Assembly (NCBI GenBank): GCA_951406725.2
Contig: OX597823.1
Coordinates: 38,212,001-38,274,000, forward strand
DNA: 62,000 nt
Source of the DNA: Octopus vulgaris
Taxonomy: Eukaryota
Direction: 5' to 3'
Below the pieces are notes generated by a model, which ran no database searches, was not told the origin of the DNA, and saw only the letters and a program-made list of their open reading frames with translations. The position numbers were made by a program, and so were the translations under genes. Shown here in pieces: positions 1 to 12,878 of this stretch (positions within the stretch are counted from its first letter, which is position 1; every line of letters begins with the position of its first letter).

Positions 1-355
1 TCTGTCAAGCTGTCCAACCCATGCGAGCTTTGAACATGGATGTTAAATGATGATGATAATGTTGATAACACTGACAAGACCATCACTGATGATGATGACA
101 ATGATGATGACAGAGTGCAATATTATTTTGTAGCCTCTTTTTATTAGTACTGTAATTCTAAGCTACTTCCTCTCTCTGTAAGAGTATTCAAACAAACATT
201 TTTGAAAGTTGGCAATAACCAGTTGAAACTTGTTGAACCATTCCTGGGTTTGACCAGTAGAGAAAACCAAAATGCATTATCCATTAAGTTTATTTATATA
301 GCAAAGCTGAGTGTAGATTTATTAATGTACACATGTGAACTTATGTGTTTGTGTG

Positions 356-392
<37 letters not shown>

Positions 393-396
<4 letters not shown>

Positions 397-553
397 TTTT
401 TTCTCTCCTTGTTTCTTTCTGTGTTCCTTTCTGTGGAAGAGCGTAGGCTGGAAACATTAAAGACTTTTTCAATTCCCGAGCGTTATACTAATACATGTTT
501 GTTTTCTACATCACCTGTCTTCGTCTTTTGCTTGTTATTTTCGTGAATCCTCC

Positions 554-556
<3 letters not shown>
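393..556 (+). mobile_element. Short PLE-like repeat with variant hammerhead motif (copy 1)
   Basis: Similar to 39119-39282; motif CTTT CTGTGGAA GAGC-GTAG-GCTG GAA ACAT T AAAG at 427-462; flanked by (TA)n on both sides. Confidence 0.6.
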
Positions 557-599
<43 letters not shown>

Positions 600-1490
600 G
601 TATGTAAATTTAAAGTCTGTGCCAAGTCTTCATTTAAGGCCTGTGATATGCAGAAGACTGACAGGGAGAACTATGCACCATAGATGGAGGAAGCTGGTCA
701 AGGAGGAGGTTGACACTTTTGAGAGAGCACACATATTCTACATGAAGAACTTAAGTATGCTGCTCGAAAGTGCACTGCTGGTGTAGTGAATGGGGAAAGC
801 TTGGTTTGCAATGTTTGCAGTTGTGTATGCTTGTCAAGAGTAGGGCTCATTAGCCACCAACAAAGCCACAAATGCAAAATATAAGTTAGTCCTAGAGCAC
901 ACTATGTTCTTGAAGGTCAGCAATGGTCTTCCTTGGTCATGAGTGGGCGACCATCATCATCATCATATATATATTTTCCCAGATTCTGTACCATATGTAA
1001 TATATATACACCCCTGAACTGGATATTGGTCTGTCAGGATTATTCATTTCTCCCAACAGAGTGAACTTGAGCAAGATAAAATGAAATGTCTTACTCAAGA
1101 ACAAATGTAAACACACACACAGACACACACACATATTAGGTGCAAGAATGATTGTGTGGTTGAGAAGTTTGCATCCCAACTGCATGGTTCCTTGGGCAAG
1201 TGTTTTCTAATATAGCCCTAGGCCAATCAAAGATTTGTGACTGAATCTGGTAGAAGGAAATTGCAGCGTTGTTCATCAGAAAATGGCTGGAAAACATGTT
1301 TAATAAAGAAGAGTTGTTTACTTCATACTCCTCATGAGTCGATTCTACCCATAAGAAAGGAACAAATAATACAAAGTAGTTGTAGGTCATAACATCTGGG
1401 CAACACCGGGGTGCATTGCCAGTATATATATATGTTTAAATATACTTGTAGATATATGTATTTATATATACAGACACGTGTGTGTGTGTA

Positions 1491-1530
<40 letters not shown>

Positions 1531-2168
1531 CACACACACATACACAAATATACACACACATGCTTATGCCTATACCATGCACATACAATCTTGTAATAAC
1601 ACAAAATTAGTGATATGTATATTAAAGTAAAAAGCTTTTATATTTTCATAATTATGAAGTGAATTCTAGAAGAATTGATTATATTTCTAAATCGGACAAT
1701 TCTACAGACTGTTTCAAGTGGTGTATATCAATACTACAATCACATCATTAATATATTCTGCTTATTTGTCTCTCTCACCTCCTCTTTCCCCACCACAGTG
1801 CCAACCTCATTTTTTTTCCTTTTCCTTTTTCTCTAGGTTTATCTTGGGTTGCATTGAAATGCAGAAGATGTGTGTCTGATGCAAATTTATCTTTTAAGCA
1901 TATTTATCTATGTTTGATTTTAAGACTTTTCTTTCCTCATTAGTATATGTATGCATATGGCCATGTATTTGAATGCGTGTGTGTGTGTATATATATATAT
2001 ATGCTTGCACAATTAAATACATAGGTACATATATATATATATATACACACACACTAATACACATGCACACACACACACACACACACATATAAATGCATAT
2101 ATATATATATATAAACATAATACATGTATGCATGCATACATGCATATATATGTGTGTGTGTATATATA

Positions 2169-2672
2169 CAGGGGTTGCACAAAATAATGGAAACACCTTA
2201 AAATTTCAAACAAATTTATTTTAATATTGGGTAGGACTGCTTTGGCAGTAATTACAGTTTGAAGTCTTTGAGGTATGACTTGTACAAAGTTTGAATTGTT
2301 TCCAAAGGAATTTTTGTCCATTCTTCAGCTAAAACAGTCTCCCGCTCTGGTAGTGATGACTGTGGAGGATATCGACTCCTTACTTGTTTTTCTAAAATGA
2401 TCAATAAATGTTCAATAATATTGAGATCTGGGGACTGTGGTGGCCAAATAAGAAGTTCACCTTCACTAGAATGTTCCTTATGCCATTCGGTAACAACTCT
2501 AGCTGTGTGAATTGGTGCATTATCATCCTGAAAGATTGCATTTCCCTCCGAAAACAGTTCCGCAACCATAGGATGAATTTGATTAGATAAAATGCTTAAA
2601 TAGTCTCGACTATTAATTCTACCATGAAGAGAAACCATTGGGCTGGCGAATTTCCAAGATATAGCCCCCCCC
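2169..2672 (-). mobile_element. Tc1-family DNA transposon, 3' fragment with one TIR
   Basis: ORF 2252-2638 contains FQDDNAPIH...WPPQSPDLNIIEHL (Tc1 DDE motifs); TA followed by CAGGGGTTGCACAAAATAATGGAAACACC at 2169. Confidence 0.9.
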
Positions 2673-2959
2673 CCTTTTATACCCTCTTATATCTCTCAAA
2701 CAGGTGCTCTGATGAATGTCAGATATAGTTAAAGGTACCTCATATATAAATATTTAGACATATAATACTTAAACTGCTGTATGTAACCATCCTATTCTCA
2801 TACTCACTTGTTGTCTCTTGCTCTAGATGTTGGTTGGGGTGGGGAGAAACAGTGTACCAAAGTTCTATGCTTGCTGGCAAGTGTTTTCGCAGATATTCTT
2901 CATTTCAGGTGATGACAAAATTTCCACAACTATTTTGCTATCACCACTCCCAAGTACTA

Positions 2960-3597
2960 AATCTCAGTGTCGCTACTATCAATATTGGCACAATGAAAGG
3001 AAGGAGCAGGGAGATGATTGAAATGCTGGAGCAATGCCATGTTGATGTGTGTAGTGTGCAAGAAATAAGATGGAGTGGAGCCTCAGCTAGATTCCTCATG
3101 GGTAAGAGACAGAGATTCAAATTCTTCTGGATCAGCAGGGAAGATGGAGTAGGTAGTGTAAGCATACCGTTAGCAGAAAAATGGGCAGATAAGGTAATTG
3201 AGGTAGTCAGAGTATGTGATAGGGTAATTACGAAGAGACTTATCATAGGTAAATTAACAGTTACATTTATCTCTGCCTATGGTCCTCAGTTTAGGCTGAG
3301 TGGAAAGACCAATTTTATGAGCCCCTTTTGCAGACCACCTTAAAAAAATGACAGAAATTTGTTATTGTGGCTGGTAACTTCAATGGACAAGTTGGACTGC
3401 ATCCCCATGGATTCCAGGGAGTGCATGGGCTCTGTGGGTTTGGACCTAGAAATAAGGAGGGAACAAGACTGCTGAAGTTCTGTGATGCAAATGATCTCAT
3501 GATCTGCAACACTAACTTAAAAAAAACAGCCAGCCACCTAATCATTTATCAGTCTGGTGAGCACAGAAGCCAGATTGACTACCTCCTCACCAGGCAA
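2960..3597 (+). mobile_element. RTE-clade LINE, apurinic endonuclease fragment (frameshifted)
   Basis: VATINIGTM...DVCSVQEIRW...ISAYGPQ, then AGNFNGQVG...GFGPRNKEGTRLL...ICNT...SQIDYLL. Confidence 0.9.
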
Positions 3598-3599
3598 CA

Positions 3600-3871
3600 C
3601 GAGAATTGTTTTGGCTGCCATTTTCCCAACAGAAAACAGAATTTCATAGAAGCATGCTGTGACTTCATTTCAGCCATCGCAAAAATCAACGAACAGGTGA
3701 GAAACATTGCAAAACAAAGGTGCACCACATGGCAGTATGACTTCACTCGATGCTGCTGGCTGGCACACTGATGCCTGGGGGTCACATCAAATGGCTTCTC
3801 GTGGTAGAAGCCTGAACTACAATAGACTTGTCCTACAGAGAACATTTCAGGTTACTTTTGGGTATCCCCTC
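3600..3871 (-). mobile_element. Mariner 5' end fragment
   Basis: ASMKFCFLLGK helix-turn-helix motif; terminal repeat gttacttttgggtatcccct matches that at 4090-4115. Confidence 0.75.
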
Positions 3872-4089
3872 TTATATATATACTCCCCACTTATGTGTGT
3901 GCGCATGTGTGTGTGTGTGCGCGTGTGTGTGTATGTGTGTGTATGTATGTGTGTGTGTGTGTGTGTGCGTGTGTGTGTGTGTGAATAATAATATAACATG
4001 AGGATAGAAGTTACATATGTATAAACACACACACATCATCATCATCATCATCATCTACATATCTATAAATAAATATATACAAATATATA

Positions 4090-4207
4090 CAAGGGGGTAC
4101 CCAAAAGAAACCGGAATTTTGCAGTATTACTTTATTCACTTCGTTTTACATGTTTACACTTTTATTGCCTTCAAAGTATTCTCCAGTTGAAGCAGTGCAC
4201 CAGTTCA
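4090..4207 (-). mobile_element. Mariner 3' end fragment
   Basis: TA plus TIR aagggggtacccaaaagaaaccgg; minus strand encodes ...STGEYFEGNKS, a mariner-type C-terminus. Confidence 0.7.
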
Positions 4208-5944
4208 GCAATGTGAATCATGATATATGTTTCTGCACTCCACATCAACTTTAAGTTGCTGGGTTCATATTCATATAGCATTATGTAAGATTACTCTTAA
4301 TAATTACTATGTATTTGAATATTGTTCAGCAACAGCTGTCTGTGGGTGCTTCATTGGGTGAAGTCCAATTAAGAACTGCTTAATTTTTCTGAATTTACCA
4401 TGTACAATACTTTCCATCTATCAAATAATTACATTCCAGTGGTAGGTGGTGTTTATGAATAACAAACTGAAAAACTCATCACATTAATGGCAACAACAAT
4501 AACTGTGTAACAGTTAATAAAATGGTTAATATTTTCTTCAGACTTTGCTTTTGTTACATTTATTCAAATCCCAAAGAATTTCTCTCAACACATGGCTATT
4601 ATACTCCCCCACAATTCCTGCTAATGATCAAAGATGCATATATTGTCAGCCACTGAGGGATATGCTCAAGTGGTTAAGGTCAAGCAAGTGACATGTATAT
4701 TTGTAGTATTGAGCAGAATATTTGCTAAAACGATATTTCTGCTTCAGCAACTCAGTACTTAATCTGTCTGAATTGTAATGGAAAATAAGTCAGTTTCAAA
4801 AGATTGATCTACAGGTCACAAAAGCAAAGTTTGAAGGGAATAGTAGTAATTTCATTTGATTTCTATATAGAATCAAATAGGAAATAACACTTACTGAACA
4901 AAGACAAAAATAAATAAATAAAAATTTTGTTACACAGTGTAATACTGACAATAACTAAGACAATGTGTCCTTACAATAACTAAGACAATGTGTCCTTCAT
5001 GTTACCTACTGTGGTGAAGAAAGAGAAAGCAACAAAGTAAAAAAAACTTATTTAAATGATAATATTGATCAAGTGAATAGTAGAGATAAAAACAAAAACA
5101 AAAACAAAATATGATTAAAACTTAGGATGACTTTTTATGCATGTAAGAAGAAGTATGTTAACAGGCCTAAAACGAATAAAGCTTTCAAGTAATCCTTTGA
5201 GATTTATGTTATTTTTTATGACCCACAATGTCTTTTGATTTCTTTCTCATCATCGTCATGCTACACTTGCTTTTACTAAGTCAACCTTACTTCATGTTTT
5301 GACCTCCTTTGCCTATTTCATTACACGACTTTTTAATTTATTATTTTTTGCTTTCCAAATGTTAAAAAGTTTTACTGGTTACCCTAATATACTTCCTCCT
5401 AAAATAATGTTATCCAGTTTAGCTGCTCTTTCTAGTAAAACCTTAAACCTCCCCTAGATTGTTTCTCTCTTGTGATTTGACACTTTGTGTATGTATTCAT
5501 GATCATTGGTGATCCCAATCGACATTTATGAATGAATTACAACCTGTTATTTAAAACTTACTAACCTATATACTTACTGGCTTAAACATACATTACGAGG
5601 TTTTTACTCAAAACACACTAAGCATGTATATATATCATAATGGGGAAGGCTGGTTTCTGGGGTTACCCTGGGTTTCTCGCTCACAAGGAGTTTAGCCTTA
5701 CAATGTATCTTCAGACCCCAATCATATAGTTATGAATGTATAGCTGCAGGCACACTGTGTGGTTGAAAAGCTTGCTACTTAACCACATGGTCTTGGGTTC
5801 AATCTCATTGCATAGCATCTTGGGCAAATGTCTTCTACTAAAGCCTTTGAATTGCCAAAGCCTTCACAGTGGGTTTCATAGTACACACACACACACACAC
5901 ACACACATACAAGGAAGTTATTTTATTGCATATGAGTAGAAATA

Positions 5945-7126
5945 TAGAAAACAAGAAGTTGAAAATGCACTGGGAGTGTTTTAGATGGTTTATTTTTAAG
6001 GCTTAACTTGTTTCACAGATTTTTTTGATTTTTAAAAATTAAGTGAGATAGAAAAATATGGGGCTATGCTGCAACTGTCTTGCTTCTGAATAGTGTTTGA
6101 AAATTTTCTTGTTTTTATTGAGAGGACATAGCTCAAATTAGTATTTGTTTAGAATACAATTTGATTGGCAGAGGAAGATCACACGATTAAAGTTCCCTAC
6201 TATGTCGGTGCATTAATGTCATGTGACAATATTTTTTTGTGCCACACCAACAGTTAAAAAGTATGATTGCTCTAAATGCGGACTTGCATTAACCTCATTG
6301 AAGACAAAACATATAGATTTAAATTAGAACAGATTCTTACTATGAAATATCATTTTACCTGTTCACCAAAAACTTCATCGTCAATAAATACAAGACCCTA
6401 GTACCAGACAGATTCCACTGAGTCTGCACATAGGCATATGTGCAAAAAGTAAGTCCCCCAGATTAAAAATCTTCCCACTTTACCATTTTTCAGTCAATAC
6501 CATAGATCAAACATGAATAAATAAAAAATAATAATCATGCAAAATTTCAAACCACAACTGAATAAACTTTAACAATTTGCATTCACCAACAACTACTCAC
6601 ACACAAACTCATTCTGCCACTTGATATGTTGAATTTTTTCACAACTAACAATGTAAACTTTGGGCACAGTCATGACATTTTCTCGCATGACACTAATGCA
6701 TGAATTTAGTGGAGAACAAAATTTTAAGCCAACCTACATACCTACATACACAGAAATCATATTCATAGAAACAACTAGTGTCTAGTTACTACTTGACTGA
6801 TTACATTTAGAGGGTCTCAATTGTTTAGGACTGTCTCTAGATATGTTCACTCAACTGTATCAGCCTTAATTTTCAAAAAATATTGTCACATGACATTAAC
6901 ACAAACAATTTCTAAGCCTAATCACTTGATCATCCTCTGCAAATCAGATTGTATCCTGAATGGATACTAATTTGAGCCATGTTCTCTCCATAAAAACCAG
7001 AGAATTTTTGAACTCTAGTCAAAAGCAAGACATTTGCAACAAAGCTGCATGTCTTTCTACCTCGTTTTTGAAAATAAACCATCTAAAAGATCCCCAGTGC
7101 ATTTTCAACTTCTTTTTTTCTCCCTG
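5945..7126. mobile_element. Old non-autonomous DNA transposon with long (~250-290 bp) degenerate TIRs
   Basis: Three nested inverted blocks: ~5946-5998/7071-7120, ~6121-6195/6915-6990, and a perfect 24-mer 6214-6237/6875-6898. Confidence 0.7.
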
Positions 7127-7338
7127 ATACACATATTAATCAAAGTGTACAGTACAATCAATTCTACAATTCACTTTCACACTGGGGATTCAACCAGATG
7201 TTAGATAACAGTCTGATTATGTAACCTTGTGTTCATCAGAGTTGACAGTTACAGAAGAGAATATGGTGATTACACTCTGTTATACATAGATAAATATATG
7301 TAGATACATATACATACATTCATACATTCATATATATA

Positions 7339-7403
<65 letters not shown>

Positions 7404-7515
7404 CATCATTGACATCATCATCATTTAGCCTCTATGGTTTGGATGGCTTGACAGGAAATGGCTGCATTGAGTTTCATGGTCTGTTGTATATGTGTATATA
7501 TATACATATATGAAG

Positions 7516-8365
7516 AAAGAAATGGAGTTAAATGCAGGTGTTATTCAAATCTTTATACTTTCGACATATTTTGAAGAAAACATTGATATTATTCCAGAGG
7601 GAATAAAATGATGTAAAACAATGCGATCTTCTCATCAGGGGAAAAAAGAAACAATATACATCAACAAGCCATTTACACCAAATGTGATGACTGTGTATAT
7701 GATGACTGTGTATATGATGACGGGAACACTGGCAAGTTAATCTTAAAAATAAACCCTTAATAGATTTAATATCAAATGCAATTTAGAGAAAGAGAAGGAG
7801 GAGAAAGAAAGAAAATAGCAGAAATGTAGTGTGATAGATGAATAGGAATAAAGTTTAAAGGTGTGGAAATAGATATATTTAGTGGAAATGAAATATAAGA
7901 AGTCAGTTAAAGGTCAAATTTTATAGATTGGTAGATGGCTATAAGTAATTTCTACCAATCTATAAAATTCGACCTTTAACTATCTTCTTACATTTCATTT
8001 CCACTAAATATATCTATTTCCACACCTTTAAACTTTATTCCTATTCATTTATGACACTACATTTCTCCACTCTTAGTTTTCTGCTATTTTCTTTCTTTCT
8101 CCTCCTCTTTCTCTAAATTACATTTGACATTAAATCTATTAACAGTTTTTTAAAAAATAACTTGCCAGTGTTCCCTTCATTGTATATGCAGTCATCACAT
8201 TCGGTGAAAATGGCTTATTGATGTGTGTTGTTTCTTTTTTCCCTGATGAGAAGATCGCATTGTTTTACATCATTTTATTCCTTTTGGAATAATATCAATG
8301 TTTTCTTCAAAATATGTTGGAAGTATAAAGATTTAAATAACACCTGCATTTAACTCCATTTCTTT
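7516..8365. repeat. Older foldback: arms 7516-7935 and 7951-8365, 15-nt loop
   Basis: Centre ...tatagattggtaga|tggctataagtaatt|tctaccaatctata...; arms align over ~420 bp at roughly 90% identity by eye. Confidence 0.95.
8238..8323 (+). ncRNA. Decayed type I hammerhead (mirror copy on minus strand at 7558-7643)
   Basis: TTTCC/GGAAG stem I; CTGATGA(8243-49); stem II GAAGA/TCTTC plus CATTG/CAATG; GAA mutated to AAA (8309, consistent with CpG decay); stem III ATATGT (one change from palindromic ACATGT); cleavage site GTT here, GTC in the mirror copy. Confidence 0.6.
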
Positions 8366-8394
8366 ATTTATCTGTTATACAAAAACATTTCACT

Positions 8395-8870
8395 AAACCC
8401 TGGAATTTCTGCCTTTATAAGTAGGCTGTAACATCCTTGGTACTTATGTGAATTTTTTGCTACCCTGGTTAGAAGACTGCTGTAGATTGTGGTACGTTGT
8501 ATTCAGTTCTCAAGCGTAAGCTCATGTGGAACTCAAATTCCCTCTTTGCATGTTTTCCCAATTTGCTTGAGATGTTCATGAATAGTTGAGCATGACACAT
8601 TAAATTTTTGCACCAAATCTCTGGCACTTTGACATTGTTCCAGTACAATAGTCTCATTCAAAAGGTCAGAGTGGGTTGTCTTCCAGAGTGAGGATTGTCA
8701 GATATGACACAATCACCATCTTTAAACCTTTTTAAAACTCAGATGACATGTACAAGCTTTCACTGCATCTGGATACACTTCACAAATGTTTTTCATTGCC
8801 TCTGTAATGGTATTTTTCTTTTGAAACTCATACAGTAAACAATGGAAAATATGTTGTTTGATAAAATTCT
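8395..8870 (-). mobile_element. Mariner transposase N-terminal remnant
   Basis: HIFHCLLYEFQKK...EAMKNICEVYPDAV..CTCHLSFKK then FKDGD...DNPHSGRQPT (mariner HTH/linker). Confidence 0.85.
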
Positions 8871-8887
8871 TATATATATATATATAT

Positions 8888-10015
8888 ACTTTGATACTTT
8901 GATAGGTTTCGGCCATCATTGGCCCAGGCCATGTCTAACTTAATAGCACCACCTGGTGAAGTCTTTCAAGTTGAATTTGGGCACTATGGCCCACTCAAAT
9001 AGAGAGTTATTGTTTACAGAGACATATCCGGGTGTAGGGGGTTTATCCGGGATTTCTTGAAGGAATCTGTCCAAAGACTTCTTGAACCCTATAGGGTCAG
9101 TTTCTATTTTAATGTGTTTTGGTGTAATGTTAGAGAGCGGGGCCAATTGAGGTGAAATAATTGTGCCGTATTGTTGTTATGAGATGAGAGTGCGATTTTT
9201 GTTTTGGGCGGATGGCACGGGGCCCAAGCCTTGGATGTACCTTGAAGGTGATGCCAACATCATTTGGGCAATGCTGATGGAATATTTTCCACATCATGCA
9301 GATGATGTAGCGCTCACGACGACGTTGGAAAGAATAGAGTTTTAGCTTTTCTAGTCGACCCCAATAGTCGAGGCCTGTCATGCCATCTATCTTTTTTGTG
9401 ATTGCCCTTTGAGGTGCTTCAACTTTTATGATACCTTGTATTGTGTGGGGAGACCACAGTGGACAACAGTATTCAAGGTGGGGTCGGGCAAAAGTGGAGA
9501 AGAGAAGGATAATGGTGTGGATATCTCTCGACTGGAAAGTTCTGAGAATCCAGGAACACATTCTGCGGGCCATGTCAACTTTGGTGTTTATATGAGTGGC
9601 CCAGCTTATGTTGTTGTCCACAATTACTCCCAAGTCTCTGATGTTGTTGGACGCCGCGAGAGTTTCACCTGAAGGAAGGGAGTATGGGAGTTTCAGGGCA
9701 TCCTCTTTTCCAAAGTGGATTAGCTCAAATTTATCCTCGTTCAGCAGCATATTGTTTTTTTCTGCCCATTGGATAACAGCCAGTAGATCTGACTGAAGGC
9801 ATGTCCGGTCACTCGCCTCAATTATGACCTTCTGTAGCTTGGAGTCATCTGCAAAGATTTTTATGTTGCTGTGCTTGATGATGTCATTAATATCATTAAT
9901 GTAAATGATGAAAAGAAGTGGGCCCAGCACAGTGCCTTGCGGAACGCCACTACTGACTTTGGCTGGGCTTGATTTTACCCCTTCAACTACAACATGTTGA
10001 GATCTGTCTGTCAGG

Positions 10016-10018
<3 letters not shown>
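8888..10018 (-). mobile_element. 5'-truncated CR1-group LINE (RT C-terminal half plus 3' end)
   Basis: SGVPQGTVLGPLLFIIYIND...IKIFADDSKL...RDLGVIVD...RPHLEYCCPLWSPH...QRRRERY; one frameshift near 9132; tail (ATCAAAGT)2. Confidence 0.92.
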
Positions 10019-10053
<35 letters not shown>

Positions 10054-10129
10054 CAAAAACTGTCCGATGAATGGCAACGGGAAACTCAGAGTAACAGGTT
10101 TTGTTGAATTTTCTGCTGCTTTAAATAAA

Positions 10130-10221
<92 letters not shown>

Positions 10222-10436
10222 ATATATATACACATATTCTAGCATACATGCACTGAGCTTCTTTCAGTTTCTGTCTACCACATTCACTCACGTGGCTTTG
10301 ATTCACCTGGGGCTACAATAGATGCTCGCCCAGATGCCACATATTGAAACTGAACCTGAAACCAGGTATGGGAAGCAAATTTCTTAGCCAAACAGCCATC
10401 CCTCAATATCTATGATAACTGTATTGTCAAATTCTT

Positions 10437-10592
10437 TCATTGTAAGAGTGTTGGAAAGGCCGTTCTCTGGTGTGAGCAAAGTTCATGGTAGTCAGTAGGT
10501 TGAAAGAAAGTAGAGATCCAGCAAAGATTTCTTGGTGCTTGGACGTTTGTATGATAATCTTTTGTGAGGTAGGATCTTGAGAATTGTTTTAT
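10437..10592 (-). CDS. Candidate terminal exon D
   Basis: ttttcatatctttcttgccAG acceptor; phase-1 frame DKTILKILPHKRLSYKRPSTKKSLLDLYFLSTY* (stop 10492) or phase-0 frame open to 10437. Confidence 0.25.
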   Translation of the reverse strand: MKQFSRSYLTKDYHTNVQAPRNLCWISTFFQPTDYHELCSHQRTAFPTLLQ

Positions 10593-11611
10593 CTGGCAAG
10601 AAAGATATGAAAAGCTACAGTCAATCAAACATAGCCATCAAGAACTAAATGTATGCAAGTAAAAGGAGACAAACCACAAAAACTTGAGTTTATAGTTTTT
10701 AATTTCCCTAGCAAACATGAATTCACATTTATCTTCTGTTGCATATCTGAGATTAAGGCTTCATATTATGTAAGACATCATTAATGAAAATGGCCTGGTC
10801 TCTTAATCTAGTGCATATATTTACAAAGATAAACAGTATCCATCTTTTTTCACTTAAAAAACCCCACCATCAATATTAATCTTTTTAACAAATAAACATC
10901 CAAAATATGATAATTTCTCTTCAGATTGGTACAAAAGCAAAGATTTACTGAACTGTTGGTAGAATCAATTGAATCAATCACTGCATCTTATTGTAAATTA
11001 TTATTTTATTGATCTTAGAAGCAAGGAAGACAAAATCAAAAGATAGTGTGAGGTTAGAAATAAATTTCCTTTGTAAAGACATGCCAGAGTGAACTGACTG
11101 ACTAAATCCCCAGTTTATCCTTAAAGTGATCAACTTGATAGAAATACTGAGATAAGATAAGGTTGCTTGGAAATAGGTTGTTATGTAAGATAGCTTGAAG
11201 TGAGAATTATGATGAGGATGATGATGGTGGTGGTGGTGGTGGTGGTGGTGGTGATAATGATAGTAACAATTTCAATGACAATGACAATGCTACTGCTGCT
11301 GCTGCTACTACTGCTGCTACTGCTGATGCTACCACCACTGATGTTGATGATGATGACAGTTACAAAGAATAAATGAAAAACAGAAGACTGGTAAAAACTG
11401 TCAGGAATTACATTTGGGAATTTTTGTTCTATTACTTGTGGAAGAGGGAAACCCAAGAAGTCCTTGTGTTCGTGTTTGTCGTGCCATAATCACTTGACAA
11501 CCAGTGTTGGTTTGCATATGTCCTTGTAACTTAACAGTTCAACAAAAGAGAATAAGTACTAGATTTCAAAGTAATATAAGTACTGGGATTGATTCGTTTG
11601 ACTAAAACCTT

Positions 11612-12766
11612 CATCATCATCATCATCATCATCATTTAGTGTCTGTTGTCCATGCTGGCATGGGCTAAATGGTTTGACCAGGGATGGTAAGCTGAGAGGC
11701 TGCACCAGACCCTAGTTTGATTTGGCATGGCTTCTATGGCTGCTAGAGTGTAATGGGTGCTTTTATGGGTATCAGTTTGCATGACACCAATATCTGCCTG
11801 GCTTGATAGGTCTGCTTCTCAAGCACAGCATATTGCCAGAGGTCTTGGTCATTTGCCATTGCCTCCGTGAGGCCCAGCACTCAGAAGGTGCTTTTTACGT
11901 ACCACTGGCACAGGTGCTATTTACCCAACACCAGCATTGGCCACATTGCCTCTATGAGGCCCAATACTTGAAAGGTGCTTTTTATGTGCTACCAGCATGG
12001 ATGCCAGTTAAGTGAGACTAACAACGACCACGGCTATGATTTCACTTGGCTTAATGGGTCTTCTCAAGCATAGCATATCGCCAAAGGTCTCAGTCACTAG
12101 TCATTGACTCCATGAGGCCCAACGCTTAAAGATCATGCTTCACCACCTTGTCCCATGCCTTCTTGGGTCTCCCTCTTCCACAGCTTCCTTCCACTAGTGG
12201 AGATCACCACTTCTTCACACAACTGTCCACATCCATATGCATCACCTGACTAAACCAATGCAGTCGTCTCTATTTTACACCACATCTGATGCCTGTTATG
12301 CCCAGCTTTTCTCTGTCGAACATACACACTGACAATACACATCCAGTGAAGCATGCTAGCCTAATTTCTTTCAAGCTTACACATGTCCTCAGCAGTTGCA
12401 GCCCATGTTTCACTGCTGTGTAACATGACTGTTTGCACACAGAGATCATACAAGCTGTCTTTCGCTCTGAGGGAGAGGCACTTTGTTACCAACAAGGTAG
12501 GGGTTCTCTGAACTTTACCAACCTATTCTTATTCTAGCAGCTCTGCTCTCAGAGATAACAGAAATTATCAACTACTTCTAGTTTTCCCCTTTGGAATTTG
12601 ATGGGACCTATGTTTTGCACGTTTTTAATGTTAATTGTACCTGTGCACCTACCACACACCAAAACTATTTTCCCTGTTAAGCTTCCTCTGATATTGCTGC
12701 ACCTCTTATGTATCCATAGCTTACACTGGGTACATCTTACGGAATTTCTACCTACGCCTTTCCTTA
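11612..12766 (-). mobile_element. RTE-clade LINE 3' fragment with repetitive 3' UTR and (GAT)n tail
   Basis: GVGRNSVRCTQCKLWIHKRCS...VCGRC, later RRLHWFSQVMHMD...GSCGRGRPKK; UTR with tandem units. Confidence 0.88.
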
Positions 12767-12779
12767 TATACGCATATGC

Positions 12780-12876
<97 letters not shown>

Positions 12877-12878
<2 letters not shown>

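Noticed and set aside
2709-2770. CTGATGA followed by an ATGTC...GACAT stem as a hammerhead
   Set aside because: No GAAA after stem II and no stem I/III; at most a very old remnant.
8888-8940. ...ATGATGGCCGAAACC at the CR1 3' end as a ribozyme
   Set aside because: CUGANGA core absent.
9130-10245. 371-aa ORF as a host gene
   Set aside because: The N-terminus is translated (TA)n/(CA)n; the rest is CR1-group RT.
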